A stretch of 64,000 nucleotides of DNA from the sequence record MN850609.1, one strand, 5' to 3'. The notes below the pieces were generated by a model that was not told the origin of the DNA, did no database searches, and saw only the letters and a list, made by a program, of their open reading frames with translations. This DNA comes from Escherichia phage dhaeg. How positions within the stretch are numbered: the first letter of the stretch is position 1; each line of letters begins with the position of its first letter. Shown here in pieces: positions 60,228 to 64,000 of this stretch. A program made the translations under genes and the position numbers.

Positions 60228-61510
60228 TAATCAGCCTCGTAAATAATTGCTGGAAGTTTAACACCAAGCAGATAAGACATATTACTCTGACCAGCCATTA
60301 AATCCATATTGGTTGCATCGATAACACGAGCTTCTTTATCGTCTTTAGCTACGGTGTACGGGTTAGCGGACAGTGCATAACGAACCATCAGAGAAATAGA
60401 AGGCTGTAATGAATCCGGGTCGACAATAACCTTATAAGCACCAACGTGTTCTTGGTCGTCTAAATCCAGGCCTTCTGTATATGGGGCATAGAAAATAGAA
60501 CCGACAACTTCATTACCACCATAGTTCTCTTTAACACCTACGATAACATAATCCAATGGGCTGTTAACGTCACAGAACAGAGGTAATCCATTCAACAAAT
60601 AACCATAGGCCGTTTCTGGGAGCCAATTATTATCTTCAGGTCTATGTTTTAACCAGCCAGAACCTGCAAGCATTGCAGCCACACGACTTGAAGCCACAAC
60701 AAACGTACCCGAATAAGAAGTAGTTTTCTGGATTTCAGAATTCATCTCACAAACAATTTCATAAAGTTTACGTGCAGATTCTGGAGCACTATCATAAGTC
60801 AAATCGATGATGCCATTATCAGATACACCCGTAACTTTATAGCGTTTGGATACGGTTATTAGAGATTGCAGAACATCTTTATTAATTTCATCTGCCATTA
60901 CTGTAGCCAGGAGGTCTTCTAAGAATGCAGGGGCGTCGAAGCCATTTGATTCCATATCCTGTGCTAATTCTACGGTCAAAGCAGTCTTCAATTTACGGGT
61001 CTTAACAGGGGCATTCCATTTATTAACCTGGAATACAGCATCAGAGATTTCTACATCACTCTCTTCAAATTTAGTGGTATGGGCTGCATCAGGAACCAAA
61101 CGACACGTTAATGACACCAAACCTTCTTGAAGAGCATCGGCCAATTCTGTAGCGCTAGTGGATGCGAGTGGGCTTGCTTGAAGAGCCTTATAAACCACAT
61201 TCTGATACTTAAAGTAGTCACCCTTGGCAATCGCCTGGGCTTTATCTGTGAGTTCCGGGATAGTTTCACGGTCTTTAGAACCAACTTCACCACCATAAAC
61301 TGCACCGGTTTGGAAACTGAATTCATTATCAGGGGTAAGATATTTGACACCATACAACGCAGCGATAGGTTGGTTTGTACGTTGTTCAGCGATGATATCG
61401 CGATAAATTAGTTTAGTGGTAGCACGGGTCAAAGCAACAAGATTAGGGCGACCCAATGAGTTGCTGGTAGTAGTTGTTGACTCGCGCAGTAATTCGTTAA
61501 TCTTTGCCAT
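60227..61510 (-). CDS. 24: gp24 capsid vertex protein
   Basis: 427 aa, same as T4 gp24; MAKINELLRESTTT.SNS.GRPNLVALTRATTKLIY.DI.A.QRTNQP.AA.YG.KYL.PDNEF. Confidence 0.92.
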   Translation of the reverse strand: MAKINELLRESTTTTSNSLGRPNLVALTRATTKLIYRDIIAEQRTNQPIAALYGVKYLTPDNEFSFQTGAVYGGEVGSKDRETIPELTDKAQAIAKGDYFKYQNVVYKALQASPLASTSATELADALQEGLVSLTCRLVPDAAHTTKFEESDVEISDAVFQVNKWNAPVKTRKLKTALTVELAQDMESNGFDAPAFLEDLLATVMADEINKDVLQSLITVSKRYKVTGVSDNGIIDLTYDSAPESARKLYEIVCEMNSEIQKTTSYSGTFVVASSRVAAMLAGSGWLKHRPEDNNWLPETAYGYLLNGLPLFCDVNSPLDYVIVGVKENYGGNEVVGSIFYAPYTEGLDLDDQEHVGAYKVIVDPDSLQPSISLMVRYALSANPYTVAKDDKEARVIDATNMDLMAGQSNMSYLLGVKLPAIIYEAD

Positions 61511-61538
61511 TGCGCTTTCCTTATTGAGGGTATATGTT

Positions 61539-61546
61539 TATTTATA
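61539..61546 (-). promoter_or_regulatory. late promoter TATAAATA for gene 24
   Basis: tatttata on plus strand, about 29 nt upstream of gp24 ATG. Confidence 0.55.
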
Positions 61547-61600
61547 AAAGTTGTTTACAGCAAGGTTCCCACGTGTTACTATAGTACAGAAACAAGAATG

Positions 61601-61618
61601 GGAGACCGAAGTCTCCCA
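61601..61618 (-). terminator. hairpin after gene 23 (gggagaCTTCGGtctccc on minus strand)
   Basis: perfect 7-bp stem with UUCG loop, followed on minus strand by T-rich attcttgtttct. Confidence 0.5.
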
Positions 61619-61633
61619 TAATAAGGTTAGGTC

Positions 61634-63193
61634 TTAGATACCTTTAACATAAACGCGACGGAAGTAACCATTCAGACCGAGGCTGTTAACGATGTCCGGC
61701 ATACCATTCTGAATACGTTTGGTAGGTGCCTGAGCAGCTGGGTCAGCGAACGGGTTAATACCGATACCGTAACGAGTTTTGAAGCCCATTACCGGCTGGA
61801 AGTTCTTCGGATCGGAACCGCGCAGTGGGGTCAGTGCAACGTAAGGGGCGTAGTAGATACCTGCGTCCATTTCGTTGGAACCTTTATAACCGATGGTGAA
61901 GTAATCAGCACGGGCATACTGGTCGATGTAAACGCGATATTTACCACCAAGAACACCGGCAAATACTGCTTTAGTGGTGTCAACGTTGAAACCTTGACCC
62001 AGACCTTGAGCTGCATAACTTACAGAAGTATCAACTGCAGCCAGTACGTTAACTACGTTACGGGAAGCGATGATGAAGTTACCAGCACCACGACCGGTCT
62101 GACGAGCGATTTCGGCTGCTTCTTTATCAATCTGGAACAGAAGGGCTTTAAAGCTCTCACCGGCCCAACGAGCACCACGGATATCGATCGGGTCCTGGAA
62201 GTCAAACACACCAGCTTTAGCGCCAACGGTGTTGGTCATACCAGATTTACCAACCTGTGCAGAGTAGTTAATCCAATCAATAACTTCACGGTTGATTTCG
62301 AGCATAATTTCGGTAGCAAGGATACCGGACAGTTCAGCATCTGCATCCATACCGTGTACTGCACGAAGGTCCTGTGCCAGTTCGATGGAGTAACTTGCTT
62401 TCAGCTGACGGGATTTAGCTTCGATAACTTGTTTATCGATACGGAAGCCCATTTCGTTCCACGGGTTGTCCTGAGAACCGTTAAAGCCTTCCTGAAGTTC
62501 AGCGATAGAAGTAGCCATACCTTCAGCCAATTCAGCCAGCTGACCAGCTTCCAACAGAGAGGTTACGGCAACATCCAGTTTAGCAGCATCGGTAGCAGCA
62601 GCATCAACGGTTACGGCTTCAACAGCCTGGAAGTGTGCAGAACCGGTAGCTTCGAAGAAGTGAGAATAAATTTTACCAACTTCCAGAACTTTACCTGCAG
62701 CCAGTGCTTCAAAAGTCTGAGCAGCACCCTGACCAGAGAACATAGCATTCGGAGCATACATCGGGTGGAAAGCTTCTTTAGCGCCAGCAGCGATAGGGTC
62801 TTTACCGTATACTGCGCGCAGTGCAAATACCTGGCCGGTAGGGTTATTCAGAGGCTGAACACCACAAATATCAAAAGCAATCAGATGAGGAATAGCACGA
62901 CGAACCATACCCATTACTGCCGGCCCAATCTGAGTTACAGCACCAGAGGTCTGGCCAGCTGCGATATTGGTAGCATCATAACCGTGGTCACCACCGATTT
63001 CAGCTTCAGTCAGGAAAGAACCAAATGCTTCGGAGATTTTTTCGTCACGATATTCAGGAGCGGTCAGAATATCTTGTTCCTGGTTTTCAAAGATTTTAGC
63101 GATGATAGCTTGTTTAGAAGCACCAACGATTTCAGGAAGAGCTTCGTTTTCCAGCAGAGCGGACCATTTTTGTACTAATGCATTCTTTTTCAT
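61634..63193 (-). CDS. 23: major capsid protein gp23
   Basis: 519 aa; very high identity to T4 gp23 along its whole length (e.g. AIIAKIFENQE, DHGY.ATNIAAGQTSGAVTQIGPAVMGMVRRAIP.LIAFDICGVQP, C-terminal FRRVYVKGI). Confidence 0.98.
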   Translation of the reverse strand: MKKNALVQKWSALLENEALPEIVGASKQAIIAKIFENQEQDILTAPEYRDEKISEAFGSFLTEAEIGGDHGYDATNIAAGQTSGAVTQIGPAVMGMVRRAIPHLIAFDICGVQPLNNPTGQVFALRAVYGKDPIAAGAKEAFHPMYAPNAMFSGQGAAQTFEALAAGKVLEVGKIYSHFFEATGSAHFQAVEAVTVDAAATDAAKLDVAVTSLLEAGQLAELAEGMATSIAELQEGFNGSQDNPWNEMGFRIDKQVIEAKSRQLKASYSIELAQDLRAVHGMDADAELSGILATEIMLEINREVIDWINYSAQVGKSGMTNTVGAKAGVFDFQDPIDIRGARWAGESFKALLFQIDKEAAEIARQTGRGAGNFIIASRNVVNVLAAVDTSVSYAAQGLGQGFNVDTTKAVFAGVLGGKYRVYIDQYARADYFTIGYKGSNEMDAGIYYAPYVALTPLRGSDPKNFQPVMGFKTRYGIGINPFADPAAQAPTKRIQNGMPDIVNSLGLNGYFRRVYVKGI

Positions 63194-63214
63194 GTGTTGT
63201 ATAACCTTATTAAA

Positions 63215-64000
63215 TTAAGAAATTCGAGATGCTGCGATTGCAGACAGGTCCGCGAAGGACAGGGTAGGCTTAGCGCCTTTTTCTTCAACTGCTTCCGAAA
63301 TATAATTCAGTGCTGCAGCATCGTCTTCAGTTTTATTTATAGCGGCTTCAGTGATTGGTTTTTCAACGTCGGTCTGACCCTTAACCATTTCAACGATAGC
63401 GCCAATTTTTTTACCAAATGCATCGGAATAATCCATGCCTTCTACCAGAGAACTAACTTTTTCTTTCTGAGATTCAGTCAGGTCTTTGGTTGCTTCCATA
63501 ACAGCTTGTTCACGCTGTACGTAATTAATATATGCGTCACGCTTGCCAACTTCTTCGAACAAACGAGCGGTTTCAGCTTTCTGTTCAGCCAATTCTTCTT
63601 CCATTTCAGCGACAACGTCTACTGCTTCTTCTGGAACAACCACGTTATGTTCAACAAACAGTTCTTTCATACCCATCAACATGGATTCGAACAGTTCGGC
63701 TTTAATACCTTTATCAACAGCCAGCTGGTTTTCAGCCATCCATTCTTTAGCGACGTGGTCAAGGAAACGACCGGCAGCTTCTTGGATTTTCTTATCAGCT
63801 TTTTCTTCAGCTTCTTCTTTATTTTTCTCAACTTCTTCTTCCGCTTTTTCAGCGATTTTAGCGATATGAGATTCAGCCAGTTTAACGGCGTGTTGCTTGA
63901 CGGTAGCTTCGAATACAGTGCCGAAAGTTTCTTTTGCTTCCGGAGAAATATTAACTGATTCGAAAATACTGTCAAGAGCAACGGAAGCATCAATATTCTG
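63215..64000 (-). CDS. 22: prohead core scaffold protein gp22 (5' end beyond window)
   Basis: frame remains open upstream of the track Met to the window edge, encoding ...IQEAAGRFLDHVAKEWMAENQLAVDKGIKAE... as in T4 gp22; N-terminus not in window. Confidence 0.8.
   Translation of the reverse strand, partial: QNIDASVALDSIFESVNISPEAKETFGTVFEATVKQHAVKLAESHIAKIAEKAEEEVEKNKEEAEEKADKKIQEAAGRFLDHVAKEWMAENQLAVDKGIKAELFESMLMGMKELFVEHNVVVPEEAVDVVAEMEEELAEQKAETARLFEEVGKRDAYINYVQREQAVMEATKDLTESQKEKVSSLVEGMDYSDAFGKKIGAIVEMVKGQTDVEKPITEAAINKTEDDAAALNYISEAVEEKGAKPTLSFADLSAIAASRIS

Noticed and set aside
61994-63178. 394-aa plus-strand ORF
   Set aside because: Antisense to the highly conserved major capsid gene 23; low-complexity Ser/Phe/Thr-rich translation; no start context.
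63194-63958. 254-aa plus-strand ORF
   Set aside because: Antisense to gene 22; Phe-rich translation from the antisense of a Lys/Glu-rich gene.

Overview
This window is a 64-kb segment of a T4-like (T-even, Tevenvirinae) myovirus genome, densely coded and largely syntenic with T4 from motA to the prohead core gene 22 (which runs off the right edge). Gene calls rest on my recollection of T4 protein sequences, lengths and gene order; no database search was run. In order: motA/arn/asiA early genes; the converging late module t holin, gp38 adhesin (T2-type, glycine-rich) and long tail fibre genes 37-36-35-34; the early replication and nucleotide-metabolism block rnh-dsbA-33-59-32-frd-td-nrdA-nrdB-denA-rnlA-alc-spanins-pseT-cd-31-rIII; a hyperplastic island between rIII and DNA ligase (30); two tandem Alt-type ADP-ribosyltransferase paralogs; baseplate genes 54-48-29-28-27-51 / 26-25; uvsY, uvsW, inh, hoc, rnlB; and capsid genes 24 (two tandem copies), 23 and 22. 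Early genes carry a recurring promoter cassette (GTTTAC, 17-18 nt, TAcTAT/TATAAT) with an inverted repeat around the -10; late genes carry TATAAATA boxes. The most interesting departures from the T4 layout are: (1) a convergent module of a collagen-like repeat protein plus a second Hoc-like Ig protein next to hoc; (2) the rIII-30 island with a NADAR/YbiA-like protein coupled to a HAD phosphatase, tandem small paralogs, duplicated leader cassettes and an ORF-free ~350-nt stretch; (3) duplicated alt and duplicated gene 24; (4) intron-free td and nrdB. No CRISPR array, integrase or transposase was found, and no tRNA gene could be supported (a T-loop-like motif at 33021-33100 was rejected).
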